Part shown: positions 9,798-24,329 of the stretch, piece by piece
Layout: each line of letters opens with the position of its first letter
How positions within the stretch are numbered: the stretch's first letter is position 1
Assembly: GCA_020536535.1 (NCBI GenBank)
Contig: JAHLWZ010000969.1
Span: 1-35,728 of the forward strand
Source: Pelomyxa schiedti
Taxonomy: Eukaryota; Protista; Evosea
Direction of reading: 5' to 3'
DNA: 35,728 nt
Program-made: the position numbers and the translations under genes
The notes under the pieces: generated by a model
What the model saw: the letters and a program-made list of their open reading frames with translations, nothing else
Told to the model about the DNA's origin: nothing
Databases searched by the model: none

Positions 9798-12700
9798 TCA
9801 TATGAAACAGACAGCAGGTTGGTGCAAAAACACTAACAACAAATGGGGATGATAGGTGTGGCATGTTGGTGAGGGTGCTATGAGAGGGGGGTGTTTGTGT
9901 GGATTAGAGGGAGGCTGATAGCGCCTTGAGGGAGCAGTTGAGAGCGGCGCGTGCGGGTGTGGCGTTTGATTCCGTCTCGGAAAGTAGCCACTGTAGTAGG
10001 TCTGTGTGCATCTTGGCCTCTTTGAATACAGGCCGGCAGATTGTGTCCTTGGCACAGGCTTGCAGCTGTGAGACCAACTGTTTCCGGGTGAGAAATGTGC
10101 GCTAGATGGGAAGGTACATACGTTTTGAATGGGCTCCTCTTGGTGGAGTTCTGTTCCGGACTCTGTAAGCTGGAATATTTGCTGGAAGATGTGCCCTACA
10201 AGCTGAATTTTGAGGTCGGCCTGCATCAAATCGCAAACCTGAAGAACAAGTGAGAAGAAGAACAGTAATTACAGAATGTAAACATACAAGAGGGAAAACT
10301 CCCACGAAGAAGTCCGTGAGTATGCTGTTGTGTGTTGATGGTGTGGTAACCAAGCCGTGCCAGAAATCACGAAGTCTCATGGAGTTGGCCCACACTTGCT
10401 GAACAATGATGCTGTCCTTTTGCACAAGGGGATTTGAAAATGTGGAGAAAACTTGCTTCAGACCGCCAGCTGCATGTGGGTGAAGTGTGCTAGATTCTAT
10501 CACTAGCATTCAGTTAGGAAAAATCGAAAGGTTGAGGATCCAATACAATAATCAAAAGCTATTGCCAAAGTATTTGGGTTTGGCGGAAGCTTGGTGAATG
10601 CTAAGGCAATGTAGATTTTCATCACTTCCTGCCCAAATGAGATATAAATCGGATCGCTTGTGGAAAGATCTATTTTTTGAAGTATTGATACAATGTCATT
10701 CATACAAGACTCTTTCTGTCTGTAACAGGCGTTAAAGTGCAACCTTCACGGGATTGGAACAAGGCAAACCTGCAGAATGTTTGTATTATAGTTGAGCACT
10801 GCTCGGCAACATATTTGCATGTAGGAAGAGGTGAGGTTCGTGCGGCCGTTGCTGATTCTTTCAAAAGAATGTGGAGACATGTGTTAAGTCCAGTCTAATT
10901 TATGCATTAGCGCGAACACGAAAAGGTAAAAAGCCTCACGAAAATAGTGTTGCCTGCATCCAACGTCTGTTTCTTTGTGTCAGCGAGCTCTGCTGACGTG
11001 CTGTTAAGCCATTGCGTAGCCTGAGACAAAACGTCAACAGCCAGGCTGAGAACCTCGATGTTCGAAGCTAATGCGGGATGATCATCAAGCTTCTGTTTGA
11101 TGAACTGTGGGGGAAGAGTCAGACTGGGATGAAGACCGGAATTTCACCTTAAGGATGTGCGCTAAAGCAGCACAAGAGCCATCTGCCCCACGGCAATACA
11201 AAATCTGATCGGCTTCACTCTGGATCAAAACCTTCAAAACCCTAGAATCTGGTTAAAGATTTTCCACGAAACGGTGTGTACCTCAATAAGCCTGCAGAGT
11301 TGCAGAACATGTTGTTGTGTGTTGCTATCATCGGGATGTGCTTGGTTCTGAACTCGGCTCCACGTGGGAAGCTTGGGGATGAGGCCATGGATATCACCTC
11401 AAAGAGAGCCTCGGCGGTCTGACAGCTCCGTTAGAAAGGGTATTTTATTGATGGGTTCTACTTCAGGATAATCGCAACAAGCCATGAAAAGGAAGTTGCA
11501 AGCCCAGTCAAAGTTATTATGGAAGCCAATGAACGCAAGGAACTCAGGACTAAGTTTGCATATCATAACCATAACCCGATAGAAAAGTGGTGTTGCTACG
11601 GCATTGAATTTTATGTAATCCCTTGATGGACGAATGGCAACCTTGGAAATGGTGTTATTAAAAAGACGTCACTTGTCATGGAATACATAGAAGTCTGCGA
11701 ATTTAACTCGAAGGGATTCAGAATCTACCAGGTGTTGCATAACTTCGGGAATCTTTTCACAGGCACTAAGCCACAATTTATTCTGGATTTCACCATCAGC
11801 ATTGAGAATCGGTGTTTCAACATCACAAGAAGAAAGCACACCAATTCTATTTTGTTTTCATCCAGGTCCTGTCGCACACTGTCCATTTTAAAGAACAACG
11901 CGTAGAATTCGTCCAACGCCTTAACGAACTACACTATGTATTAGAGAAGTTGGGAAAAACGCAAGCTCACAATTTGGTATTGAGAAGGTCCCCTGAAACA
12001 CCAGTTGAGTAGCCGACCAAAGTGCACAAGCTTCCACGTGCAAGAGATTACTTCATCGGCGTATTTCTGTAGAGGTCAAACGAAAAGTTGCACAAGGGAA
12101 CTACTGCACACCGTTCTCTCAGGCCAGATACTTTTCTGTGCGGTGGGGCACAAAGCAAGAAGTTCTTCAAATAGGTCGTTCAGTGTCTGCACCTGTGCAG
12201 GGTCTTCCGGAGAATTTGGTGGCTCAACAGTGATTCCCGTAAGGGATTTCAATAAAACAAAACTCATTTCTCGGACATTATCAGGCGGGGCAGCAGCAGC
12301 TAACATATTTTCTAGCTGACGGCGATTATTCCAAAGGGTTACCCTTCAACTCTCAGAAAAGAAGGTAAAAATTAAAGACTAACTTCAGTAATGAGTCAGT
12401 TTTTACAGCTTCGACAAACCACTGCATGCACTGTGCAGAGTACTGTGGGTAGTGAACGTTTTCTTGAATGGCACTAACGGCAAGTTAGTGGGAGCAGTTG
12501 AACTTAGCCATACGAGAGCATAGAAGAAGTTACACTAGTAACACGAGACTCACGGAGAGGATCGTTAATCTGCATAAGACCGGAAAGGGCAGCAAGGAAC
12601 ACCTTGAGTGAGTCCCCATCAACTGTACCAAGAGCCTTTCAAAAGGAATCACTCTCTTTTTTCCCGTAAGAATAGTGTACAAACCATTTTTGCATCTCGG

Positions 12701-15700
12701 ATTACAGTCTGTGTTAGATCTTCATTATTTTCACACATGCACTGAATTATTTGGGCCATGGCATCTGGGTTATTGGTTTCTCGCAAGGATTTGGAATAAA
12801 ATCGCTGTGTTAAATGAGAAATTAAAGTACGGATGGGGCTACTCACTGGGAGAGAAAGTATCAACCCTTCATCTGATGAGAGAGTAATGTGTGGCATTTC
12901 AGTCTTATGCGACTCGGCTACCATCAGAGCAACAAATGAAAATAGGAAGTGGAAGTTGGGGAGGGTTAGTTTGTCCCCCATGCGGACTCTCCGACCACCA
13001 TGCAGCTATCATCAGAAACTTACTAAAAAAGTAACGCAGAAGCAAATTAACCTTAGCATGTGGTGATTCGTCACCCATATAAAAGTCTAGCAGCTGCCCT
13101 ACAACATGCCTCTCCGTGAGATAGGTTTGCTGTTCACAGGTAAATAAATTAATAAATTCACTAAGGGGAGAGGAAGCTACCTCTTCCAGTCCAAGTTTAG
13201 CAAAATCTAGGAACAGTCTGAAGTAGACAACAAAAGATCTCCAATAAATTGCAAGTTCACTTTGCTAGTTACGAAGTTAGAAATAAACCACAAAATAAGT
13301 GCACTTACCAGCGATAATACCATATCCATGAATTTTATAGTAAGGGAATCTGGAATTCCAGGAATAGGTGGTTGCAAGGGGTGCTACAAGGGTATTAAAA
13401 GGGTATTTTGCTTAAAATTGGAAGATCTTACTTTGTAGGGTTCAGCAGGTTTTGCAGCATCTTTCGAGTCATCCACTGCAGGCTTGGGAGGGAATGGCTA
13501 CATTTGGGTGAAAATACAACCTGGAAATGAGCAACTCACGGAATAGTGGTTATACAATGGCCTATTAGCCGGTGCCAAGACGGAAATAGAATGGATGATT
13601 AGTTCTTCAAACGCGTCTCTCACTTCGTCAGCAGGACTGTCTAATAACAACTGTTTCAAGGTGTTGCTGTCATTGAGCATTTCCGTTATCAACCATTCGG
13701 CTAACTACATGACCAAGTCATAGGAGGAAAAACCACCAAGTAAATACCACTGCATTGCGAGAATACAATGTCTTCAGTAATTCAACAAAGGATGGCATCT
13801 TGGTTCGATCACGAGATCGCCCAAGAGTGTCAAACAAAAATCTTGTGCCTGCTTTTCCCGCTGTCAAAGTGGCATCGTCATCTGAAGTTGAATTAATTTA
13901 GCACAATATGATTTCCTGTTGTAAAGGACCTGGACTAAGCTTTGTGGCGACCGTGAGTACGTTGAAGATAAAGGAAGTATAATCTGGATCAAAGATATTC
14001 TTCTCCTGAAGAAGACGGGTATTATCTTCCCACAAAGACTGATAGATGTTTGTCGGGATGAGTTGAGAGGGTGGAAGAGAGGGTGGTGGGTGCTTGACAT
14101 CGGATTTGTCATAAAACAACATGTACGCGTTGTAAAACCTAAAACATTTAAGTTTAAGTCTACTAACGCTATGGATATGTGAAACCTTGACGAATTTCGG
14201 GACACAAATTGTTGCATATGCATATCCCACGAGGACATCATATCGGTACCACCAAAACATTGTGCGGCAATGTGCTGGAAAAGGTGAGTCTAAGTCAATC
14301 CAAGAAATCCTTACAGCGGGATCAAACGGTTCAACAGTGGTATCATTAAACTGGAACCACTTTGGTTCACAGCCTGCCGGGGTATCCCGTTCTCGTATGT
14401 AGCTGTAGTAATGCCCGCTATCGGCTGTGCCACTGTGCACGAGGACACCAACAAGATCATAGTCGTAGGCAGCAAGGTTGACAGGCTCCTCTGGGGTAGT
14501 GGCAGTTGCAGGGGTTGCACCACCTGCCTTTGCAGCCGCTTCTGAGAAGATGTCAGTGCGAATGGGAATACTAATTCAACACACCCTGCTCCTTCCGCTC
14601 CCTCCGAGCAAGTCCCTCTTTGGTATAAGGTTCCACATTGAGCTTCATTGGGAATTCGTACAAATCATTCACCTTGATCCTTCTCATGAGTTCGAAGTCA
14701 AATTCGAATCTCTTGCTGTGTATCACAAGAGACGCTGGAAGTTTGGATAGACAACAACGTTTCACTGCATCAACCTTAACTTCTTTAGATTGAAGGCGGA
14801 GCACGCTAGAAAAAGACCTTAGCTGAGCAGGACTCACAGAAGTACTTGTTATCTCCATTGAGTTGGTCCCCTTCAATATATTGTACCAAAGACTCTGCCA
14901 CTGTCTTCTTCCCCTTCAGTTCCAGGGCTAGTGTGAAGAAGTTTTCCTCTCGTTCACTGACATGCTGGCACTGTTTGCTGACAATTTGGTGGCACACAGT
15001 ACCACTAAAGTATTTCTGGAGAATATCCTACATATTGTTTAGCACAAAGAATTACTGAAAATGGGCACCTCATTTCCACCCTTCTTGAGTTCTGTTTCCA
15101 GTGTATCGAACAATTGAGCAAAGAACTCATCAACATCCATCTGCATGAGTGTATTGAGGGGCGCTCCATCGCGCTTGATAGCATTGCATAATGGCCGGGT
15201 GTCCAAGAATTTCTTTTCACTCTCCTGTAGGGCACTGAACAATTTCTGAATATGATAAAGTATGGATTCTTCCAAGTTGGTTGCAGGATCGATTTTTGAC
15301 TGTAGAAGACTGTGGTGCAGTGAGATACTAGTACGTAAAATTACTGATATTATCACCTATATCTGAAGGCTGTGTGCATATACAGTTGTTGTAAAAGAGA
15401 ATTCATGTAGCAGGTTGCTCCTAAATTCTTTAGACCGACATATCCGCTGGAGGGTTTATCAAATGCTCCTGGGGCATAATTCCAGAACGTTCTTTTGGCT
15501 GGAGGGTTCTGGGAATCCACAAGAGCGAAAACTTTCTTGAAATTTGCACCACCACTAACACATAACTCCTCCAACAGAGCAAAGGCACGTTGTCGTGCTT
15601 CTTTGGTCTACAAAGAATAAGCCTTGTTGTAGGTAGGGTGCACAAACCTTGCATTTAGGTGGAGCCAAGGCGCCATGGTCATTGATAGTGGGTATGTCAA

Positions 15701-18700
15701 ACAGGCATTTATGATAAACTTCCTCCAGTAGTCCTAACCTGGCGGGAATGAGATCAAGATTGAGGAGTGTTTTCGTACTCAGTGGAGGCTCTCATCTTGA
15801 ATTCCTCAGAGTGCTTCAGTAAAGTTGTGGTTACTTTAAGAAGCCCCATTAAGAAAAGGTCTTGTGTAGTCCCATTTCTTGTCTCGACAATGGGGTGTTC
15901 TTTAATCATTTTAACAAGGGAATCCATAAGAGGTGCAAAGGCAGCCACTTTCTCGGGTGTTTTACAAGCGTCCTCAACAAGCTAAACTTGGTAAGCAAAA
16001 AATGTTCGGTTCGTTGCTGACTAACATGGGCTAAGAAGGCAAAGTACTGTTCACACGTTGTCATTTTCACATCAAGGGTAGGTAGCCTGTCCAATAATTT
16101 GGCAAGCATGACTTCAGACAAAAGGAGAGGTAATCTTTCAGAACTGAACAAATGTTACAACTAACCTAGAACGTAGAATACCTTGTGGGTAGCATTGTGC
16201 ACAGTTTATAAAATCCTTTGAAAACCGCTTGTCTGATGTGTGAGTCTGTCGTATGCAGCAGTGATACTGAAAGCCAAGAATCAAAGTCCCCACGCTATCA
16301 ATGTCAAATGAAATACAGAGCTTGAAAACAAATCCGTACGGCTAGAGTCAACTGCAACATATGGGGATCTTTAAGGATGCATCCAACGAAAAGTGTCATG
16401 GAATAAAGGGCTACTTCTCCATCCTAGACTGGTGAGGAGGGAAAAAAAAAATTATACCCTGTGGTACCTCACTGATCCCCTCAGCAAGTGGAGGAAGAGG
16501 GTGAGAAGCAGATTCGTGTATTTCATGCAAGGATTTTTCTACCAGAGTTGTAAGATTGCATTCTGCTGGCAACAATTGCTCTTTGATAGTGTCATTGGCA
16601 GTATCTTTCAGAGCATAAGTTGTGAGGTAAGGTTGGCGTATGAAGGTACCATATACAAAGTAATTGATAACTTTCAGAAGTTTAGCCAAACAGGCTCGTC
16701 TTTTAGACCCCAAGGAGACATCCCCAAAATTGATGGTCATAAGAACTCTTGAGATCAGATAGTGGAGGCCAAATTGCTGGAACTTAGCTCGCCACAACAC
16801 GCGGTCGTTCTCTTCTTTAGTATCATCTGACTCATCAAGGAATGACTCGATAATCACAAGGGAATACAGAAGCTTAAACAGAGACCTGAATTAACTTAAA
16901 ACAACCTAGGTCATAAATATTCCGTACCTTGTGTCTAGTAGCTCTTCCCAGTTTGGAGCTGTACTCATCTTGGCTACAGCAGCAAGAACACCAAGTTGAG
17001 TATCGTTGGTCGGAAGTGAATTGAGTAGGTCCCAAGTAATTTCCCCACTCTTTTCATCAGCAAAATTTAAAACGTTGAATAGCTGTGCAAAGTGCTGCTC
17101 CTGTGCAAGAATCGTACTTGGTTGCATAGCCTCCTCTTCTTTAGTGAGCTAAACAAGATAAGTGCATCTGGGAACAACATTAAATAAACCTCAGGAATTG
17201 CTTTGGCCGCCTGAGGCTGGACTTCAACAGAATGACCGTTTGCGTCCTGAACGAAGTCAGTAAATATGAAACATGCCGTCTGTACCTTTTCATATCGTTT
17301 GAAAACTCTTACAACAGTTCCCGGCTGAAGATGATGGCTGGCAAGGGTTGTTTCATCACCATATAGCTCTTTTGTCTTGAGCATGAGCCGCACAACGTTT
17401 ACTGCCATCCCACATCTTAGATGCGTTAGGGGAGGTTTGCTGTGCATGAAACTCACTGGGCGGATATGGCAGTTTTCAATTGTAGGACAGTATCATTTTC
17501 TCTCATTTTGACATCAAAACTTTTCTTTGTTGCCAGAACAGTAATGGAAAGTGGTAGTGTTCCACCACGGCAGCGGCTACCATGCCTCTGCATTTTTGGG
17601 GACTTTTGCTCGAATTTATCAACAAACACCTGAACATAATGAGACATGGGGACAAGGAAGTGAAAATACCTTCAAAGATTGGAGTATCCGCTGCATCTTC
17701 AGATGAGCTTGTTTCTGGGTGATATCAGTTGCCGAGGGAGATGAAAGTGCTTGCACAGTTGCGGACAAATTCCCCATACACTGTGTTACAAATTGGTTTC
17801 TGACTGCAACTGTCTGTGCCTTAATTTTTGGATTCAACTAGCCGTAGTTTGAGTTTAAAAATGAACCATTGGGGAGGAGCTGAGATACATTTTCTTGAAG
17901 GGAAAGGAGAAGTTCGATTGTGGTATCTCCGACACTCTGCTTCTTTGCTTCCAGGGCAAGCCTCCATAAAATGTCAACGCCCTGCAAATCCAATGCACAA
18001 ACGTGCATGACACTGATGTTTTGATAGACTCCGACAGTCTTATACTCAAGTCGCTTGGCTGCCCAGTTTGTGTGTTTGAAGAAGAAGGTCATACAAGAGC
18101 AACAGGGATCGGTTGCATCAGTGAAATCAAAGTTCCCGAACTTCTCTAGGGTGATGAAATCTCGACCAGAGTCAGCAAACGCTTGGTGATTCTGTAGTGA
18201 GTGAGGAACGATTACAGGAGGGGGCAGAAGGAAACCTGGTTGAGGGTCTGTTCCAGCCATGTGAAGGCAAAATCTTTTTCTTGCAGAACGACAGACCTCG
18301 TTATCAGGGTGTCCCAGTATTCCTTGGTAGGTTAATGTTGGTGCAGAGCATGGAACTTCTACCTCGATGTGGGGCTTCTCAAGGACAATAGGAGAATTGA
18401 CGATAACAAATTGTAGGAATGCCAACCTTTCCTGAAGATGTTCAGAAAAAGTCTTTTTTGTGCCAGGCATTTGCGTATTCAACAACTTCTCACTAAAAAA
18501 AAATTGTACTTTAGACAGAGAAAATACACATAATGAAGCAGGGTGAACTCGTACGCTGGGTGATGACTGGCAGCCTCAATGACACGATCTTGCCAAAATT
18601 TCAAGTCCTGACACAATTAATTTGTAGAGGGAAATGCCGGAATGATACTTGGAAAAAGAGAGCAAGAAGATTGTATCTCTTTTCAAGTGACACCAATTCT

Positions 18701-21147
18701 TCAGAAACAATCGGATTCACTTTTTTGCTGTAGTACTCGGGTTCTGAAAGAGTGTGGGAAACATACAAAATGATCTCCATACACACCTCCAGTAATCTTC
18801 TGCAAAAGTAGAAGTGACTGTGGTACAGAAACATGATTCCGTAAATTTTCAATGCATCGCTCGACAAATACAGGTCTTAGGCAAGGATTGGCAGACTAAA
18901 CTTTCAAGGAAACTACGTACTTTTGTTTCTTCTCCATAGAATACAGAATAAGTTTTGAAAGATTGGAATGGGCTTCTTGGGCAAGGTCAGCACTTATAGG
19001 AGTTTTATCCTGCGTCATGTCCCACAGTATGTCACAACAAATTGTTGCCACCTATGACATGTTATAACTTGGTGAGACAAATGTAATGGAGACAACCTGA
19101 GGAGACTTATCGCAGTGATGCATGCACATGGTATATAGTAGTTGACAATGGTGGGTGGTGTAGGCTGTAAAAGGCAAGTTCTTTACACGATCTAAAATGA
19201 ACTCGATGTCGGGAATTGTCAACACTGAATGAAGATCTGACAGTAGTGAAACAACACAGCTTACCACTGTTTCATGAGTGCCCTGAGGGTAAACATTAAA
19301 CGACTCTTTCCAACGCAAATAGGTAGAATACCACAGAAGCATTCCAAATAATTTCTAGATGTTTTCTCGTTAAGCGATGCTCCTGTGCAAGAAAAACGAA
19401 GATGTCCGCACTGCGGCGGATTAATTCCACATGCATGGCAGGACCAAACAACGTCTCAACGATTTGAACTTGTTCCAACCATTCAATCAGGTCCCTTTTA
19501 TTGTGTTAGTCGGGAATTTTTTTGTTCGTGGTTCGGCAACCTGCTTGGAATGTAGACATTATAAGCCACTTCCGGTTGTGAAACAAACTTGGATCTTCTG
19601 CCATACTCCTCTCTTCTGTGAACATTGGCAACAAGTTCCTGAGAGGTTTAGAATTCTAGCTATCTTCTTGGGATTACCTTAATATCATTGATTCCGGCAA
19701 TTCTCTTTTCCAGGTACTGGCACTTAAAGCACTTTTCTCCGACCGAAAGAATGCAATCATCTTGTGCACGGCCCGGTTTGATATTCACCTAAAAGCATTG
19801 AAGCATTGTTTTAATATGCAGTAAGGAAATGTGAAATACTCACATGTCTTAGAAGCCCGGCAAAGGTTTCCATTATCCCATAAATGACAGATTTAGGTTC
19901 GACTCGGATGTCCTCTGCGGTAAGGCCTGACATGCGGACGTATATGGGGGCCCAAAGTTTCTCAACATAGCTTACAAGTAAGTCAAGTCGCATGGTTATT
20001 TTCAACTGCAAGAACCATTAGCACTCTTTTCACCATTTTCAGGCGTACATTGGCGAAAGCCTTGACAATGGCATAAACACAAGGCAGAGACAATGTTCTG
20101 CTGGTCATTTCTTCCACACGTTCAACAACTCCCTCAAACCCTTTCTGGTGCCAAAAAAAATCCAGATTTTCGACATAAATATCAGTGGTATGGGGCATCA
20201 TCATCTATAAATGTTACTGTGACAACCATTTAGGTTGCAGCAATGTACCTTGGTGTAGAATGGTTTTGTTTTGTTGAGTATTCTGGACAAGCTTTTATAT
20301 AACTCAGTGAAATCTTCTTTGCTGAAAAGATTGACCAAATTCAGCACTTGCTGGAAGAACGACATTACTTCACGTTGTGTTTCAGTGTCATAATCTGCCC
20401 TGTTGGGTGTTACGGAACATATGAGGAGTATTTTGTCACCTCCGAAGAAGAATTGTGGTTGCAGATGGAAGGACTGATTTAATCAAAAATAAATTGTCAG
20501 ATGTTCTATCAAGGGGCTTTCCGGCGTTGTTTAAGGCCTCGAGTCTCGCTCTCCAAGTTGCAATGGTGGGAGCAGGCTTCATGCCTTTTTGCGATTAGTT
20601 AATAAAAACAAGAGGTGTGCTTCCTACTTTTAAGTCCAGACTCCACTTGTGCAAGGATCTCCCTCAACCGTTTTTCTTCTGGGTCCCCTACAGAGGTTTA
20701 CTTTCCAACCAAGGTGGTGTTTGGCAGACCTGAAGTGCCACGAGGAGAAACAACATTTTTGGAGGCTGGGGGGGGAGTCAGCCCTCGTGCAGGTATTGCA
20801 GGGACTTGCAGAGGTTGTCCCTCCTGCAACGCATTCAACAAAAGGGGAAAAAGATGTGGTCAATGGTACCTTTGCACCAGCTGGTAATTGTTGTGCTGGT
20901 GTTTGTGTTTGTTGAGCGGCAGCAGGTGTTGCTGGGGGTGTTGTGACAACTTGTGGAGTAACTTTAGGTGGGGTGTCAGATGATGTGGGAAGATTCTCTG
21001 GAAGTTTGGTTGGTGTTGGAAGAACCCAAAGTAACAAGGAAAAAAGCAAAGTGATTGTGCATTAAAAACCTCCAACCAACACACTGAACCAAAAAAAAGA
21101 AGATCAAGAAAAGACCAACAACAAATACCGTCCGGAGGTTGACTCAT
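9798..21147 (-). CDS. Large ubiquitin-specific protease (peptidase C19) of the USP9X/USP24/USP34 type, with helical N-terminus and internal ubiquitin-like domain; many short introns
   Basis: Cys box 'GYVGLKNLGATCYMNSLLQQLY' (~15380-15450); 'QMDVDEF'; 'LNGDNKYFCESC'; 'KRFEFD..KVNDLYEFP'; His box 'VLVHSGTADSGHYYSYI..WFQFND' (~14340-14450); 'NAYMLFY'; Ubl-like segment ~17300-17560. ATG at 21147 is followed by a gtattt donor; stop at 9798. Confidence 0.92.
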
Positions 21148-22458
21148 TCTAATATCGCTGAAACAAAGTCGATTTTATGCGGAGAGTGGGAAACTATAGC
21201 CTTTTTGCAGGGCCCTGGTAGCTTCGTTAGTGTCGCCGACTACGTAACAACAAACACACAACCGACAACGCCGCAGATCTGACCCTACTTACTGTGGTTT
21301 TGTGTGTTATTTTGCGTCGGCCGATGGGTGCCCCGGTGTTGCGACAAAACCGTTGACGGTGTTTGTTGCCAAAGAGGTTTTAATTTTTCTTTGTCTTTTC
21401 TCTGCCGAAGAACCAAAATAACTGTGGTGCGGCTGCGAAAAACAAACAAACAAAGAGAAAAAAAATTGGTGATGCTGTTTTTGGCTCGTGCCTTTTTGAT
21501 TCTTGTTCCCGAAAAATCTTGATCTGCTGTCTCGTCACTGTGACCTGCCAGCATAAACAAGGGTACCCCCCATTTCCAATTTGTAGTGACACTGTTTATT
21601 GTGTTTTGAGTATGAGACTGATCTGAAATGATTGCCTTCTCATGAACGAAATTGCCCTTCATGCACTGCACCCCAGAAAACTAGTGACAACAATACTCCT
21701 TCAAGTCAAAACACACACTGAGATCATCCAGCTCAATTTGCACCACCGGCGTTGTGACCGCAGACATGAGTGGAGTCGTTTGCCCCCTCAAAGGGCCAAA
21801 AATGTGCACGCCCAACTTCAACAGACGATACTGGGGCATAAGATGGGCCCCTCAATGTACTATGAGGTGGTTCTGTGGATCCTCAGCTGCCTCCTATCTA
21901 CGTGCACGTTGCTGAGACTGATCTCTTCATTCAGGGATGAGTGAGTGCTGTGTCCAGTTGTCGTAGGACTCCTCTCAAGGTTGGTTTCGTTGTTTCGATG
22001 ATGGTGGTTCCCTGAACGGGATGATGTTCAGTGATGGTGATTGATGAGCCACAGAAAACCAACTGCACGTTCGCCAAATGTGTAATGCGGCGAAAGAACC
22101 ACGTACCGGGCACATGATTATAAATCCTTTTTCAACAAAGATTAGATTAGGTCACATCAACATCAAAGTCCCGGTTGGTCCTGTCTCCTGGCAAGGAAAG
22201 CAGTCCAAATCAACGAAACCAAAGGCAGCAAAATCAAAATTCACTTCGTCGAATCACCAATTTTGTTTCGTACCGCCCTCCCAGAAACAGGTCGAAAAAA
22301 CCCAAACAACCAATCACAGATTAAAAAAAAGAACCAACCAGAAGCGAAAAAGTAACCAACAAGGCTCCACAAGAGCAACCAACAACAAACCACTAAACAA
22401 CCCCGGCAATATCCCACCAAACAGCAGAACCCAGGCAACCAACCAACCAAAATTAAAA

Positions 22459-23368
22459 ATGTCAGCAATCGTTTCCCGCCACAAGACCCACAAGTCCGGA
22501 TCCGTCGCCCCAGCAGTTTCCTTGTTGCTCAAGAGCCTCATCAACTGGCAAGCCAAGTTGTCCACAACAACAAAAGAGGACGAGCAAGCCAGGTTGGCCA
22601 ATACTTATTTCCAGGGCGCTTCGGGAAAAGCCCCTGCAATTTCGCTTCAGGCTTATGTCGAGAGGTACTTTATTATTTCTAACAAAACAAAAACCACAAT
22701 AATTCTTATGATAGCAATAAATAAACCAAGACATTGGCTTACTTAAATTAATTCTCTAAAACCTAAATTGATTCGGAAAGCTTACCTTTTCAACAGAATT
22801 GAAGAACACAGCGGTTGTTCACGTGCAAACATTATCTCTGCACTTGTTTACATTGACCGCTTGTTGATTTCACGTGCGGTGACACTCACCGAAACAAACG
22901 TACACCGAGTCTTGTGGTCCTGGTATGCCTTAAAATATCACCAATAATTCCGCGCTAATGTTCTTTTTACAGCCTCGTTGTGGCCCACAAGTTCTTTGAG
23001 GACCAGTACTTCACAAACTCGTTCTACAGCAAAGTTGGCGGAGTTCCCCTTGCGGAAATGAACGCAATGGAAGTCCGAGTCCTCCAGTTGCTTGATTATG
23101 GGCTCTTCATCACCCCCGAGAAGTACGCCCAGTACGAGTCTGTTCTCCAGACATCAATAAGTGAGTATAACTTTTCCCCACCCAATTCCCTTCAAACCGA
23201 CTTACATATCTTCCAGCTTATTGTGAAGAAGTGGCCCAAAGAGAGGTCGAGAACAGTGATTCCTCGATGCACGTACAGTCATCAGCATCACTACCACCGG
23301 CCCCCAAGGCCTGTACTTCAGACACCACTCTTCCGGAATCCCACCTCATCACCGCAACTGTGGAGTAA
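22459..23368 (+). CDS. Pho80/CYCU (cyclin-P)-family cyclin, 4 exons
   Basis: 'FQGASGKAPAISLQAYVER-IEEHSGCS..ALVYIDRL..TETNVHRVLWS-LVVAHKFFEDQYFTNSFYSKVGGVPLAEMNAMEVRVLQLLDYGLFITPEKY' is the Pho80-type cyclin box; introns at about 22665-22797, 22923-22971 and 23161-23216. Confidence 0.92.
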
Positions 23369-23793
23369 ATTCCGCAACAGTCAGTCATTCATTCATATGA
23401 ATGACCGAGAGTGTGTGTGCAAGCTGTATTCAGTCTGGAAGCTTGTAACTTCCGCTGTAGTATCTTAAACTTGAACGAAAGTGAGAATTCACTTTCTGTA
23501 CAGGATAACAAAAAAATGTAATTGTATTCTAGAATTTCTTCTTTTGTTTAGTACAAGGGAAAGTTTGCCCTGGTGGCTGGCACTCATCTCCATCTAGGTT
23601 GAGATGTTATTTGACTTCGGGAATTGTAACGACAACTTTTATTGAAGGAACAGTGCTTATTACAAAAAAGGGTGTGGGTGGTGTTCAACTGTTGGACCAG
23701 AGGGAGGCTTATGTGCTCTCATTATTTTCCACTAGTACAATGTAAGTTGTAGTCTAGTACTCACAGACAGTCACTTTTTTTTGGTGGTTCCAC

Positions 23794-24136
23794 TCACTCT
23801 ATCTTGACTACATGACCACCACAGCAAGAAGAGAAGGCGAACCGGACGGGCGACGGCAGCCCACTGCAACACACAACGCCCCTGTCCCGCTCACCCACCC
23901 TCACACTCATCGTCCCCCCACAATTCTCGTTGTTGCCGCTGTTGTTCGGGTCGCTCCTCCAATCCACCGTCACGGTGATCACCGTCCCGTCCGGCGTCGC
24001 GTCGTTCCCGGACGCGTAGTCCCGCGTGGTCTCGCCGCGCGGGGTCCCACGTGAATGGCGAAGTTGCGTGGTTGTCGTCGTTCGGCGGGTCGGTGTCGCG
24101 GCAAAACGCAGTGTCATCGGTACTGGTTGCCCTCAT
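23794..24136 (-). pseudogene. Internally deleted, frameshifted relic of the TRIM-like SPRY exon
   Basis: 'FTWDP' in one frame; 'TPDGTVITVTVDW..GGTMSVRVGERDRGVVCCSGLPSPVRFAFSSCCGGHVVKIE*' in another. These match the C-termini at 1123 and 5675, with most of the intervening domain missing. Confidence 0.8.
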
Positions 24137-24329
24137 TTGGTACTTGTAAAAACGAGCTTACAATTAAAGTAGGAGATCAGTGCTACCCTGCTTTAGCTGC
24201 CGTCTATACCACCAGTAAAAATCGGTTGCTTAATCCCAGTTCAATTGTTGTGTTTAGTTTTAGCTAAAACACCCTGTCTTTGCTAAGCTTAGCTGCCTTC
24301 CAAACCAGCTAGGAAGTGGAAGCAGGGGT

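Noticed and set aside
21285-22113. Short ORFs between the USP and cyclin genes, possibly a decayed gene
   Set aside because: No recognisable motif in any frame and no consistent splice model; cannot support a call.
22078-22458. Upstream extension of the cyclin ORF
   Set aside because: A/C-rich low-complexity (aacca repeats), more likely 5' UTR; cyclin similarity starts after ATG 22459.
24257-24293. Two adjacent palindromes, gttttagctaaaac and gctaagcttagc
   Set aside because: Single occurrence in a 3' intergenic region with no supporting context.
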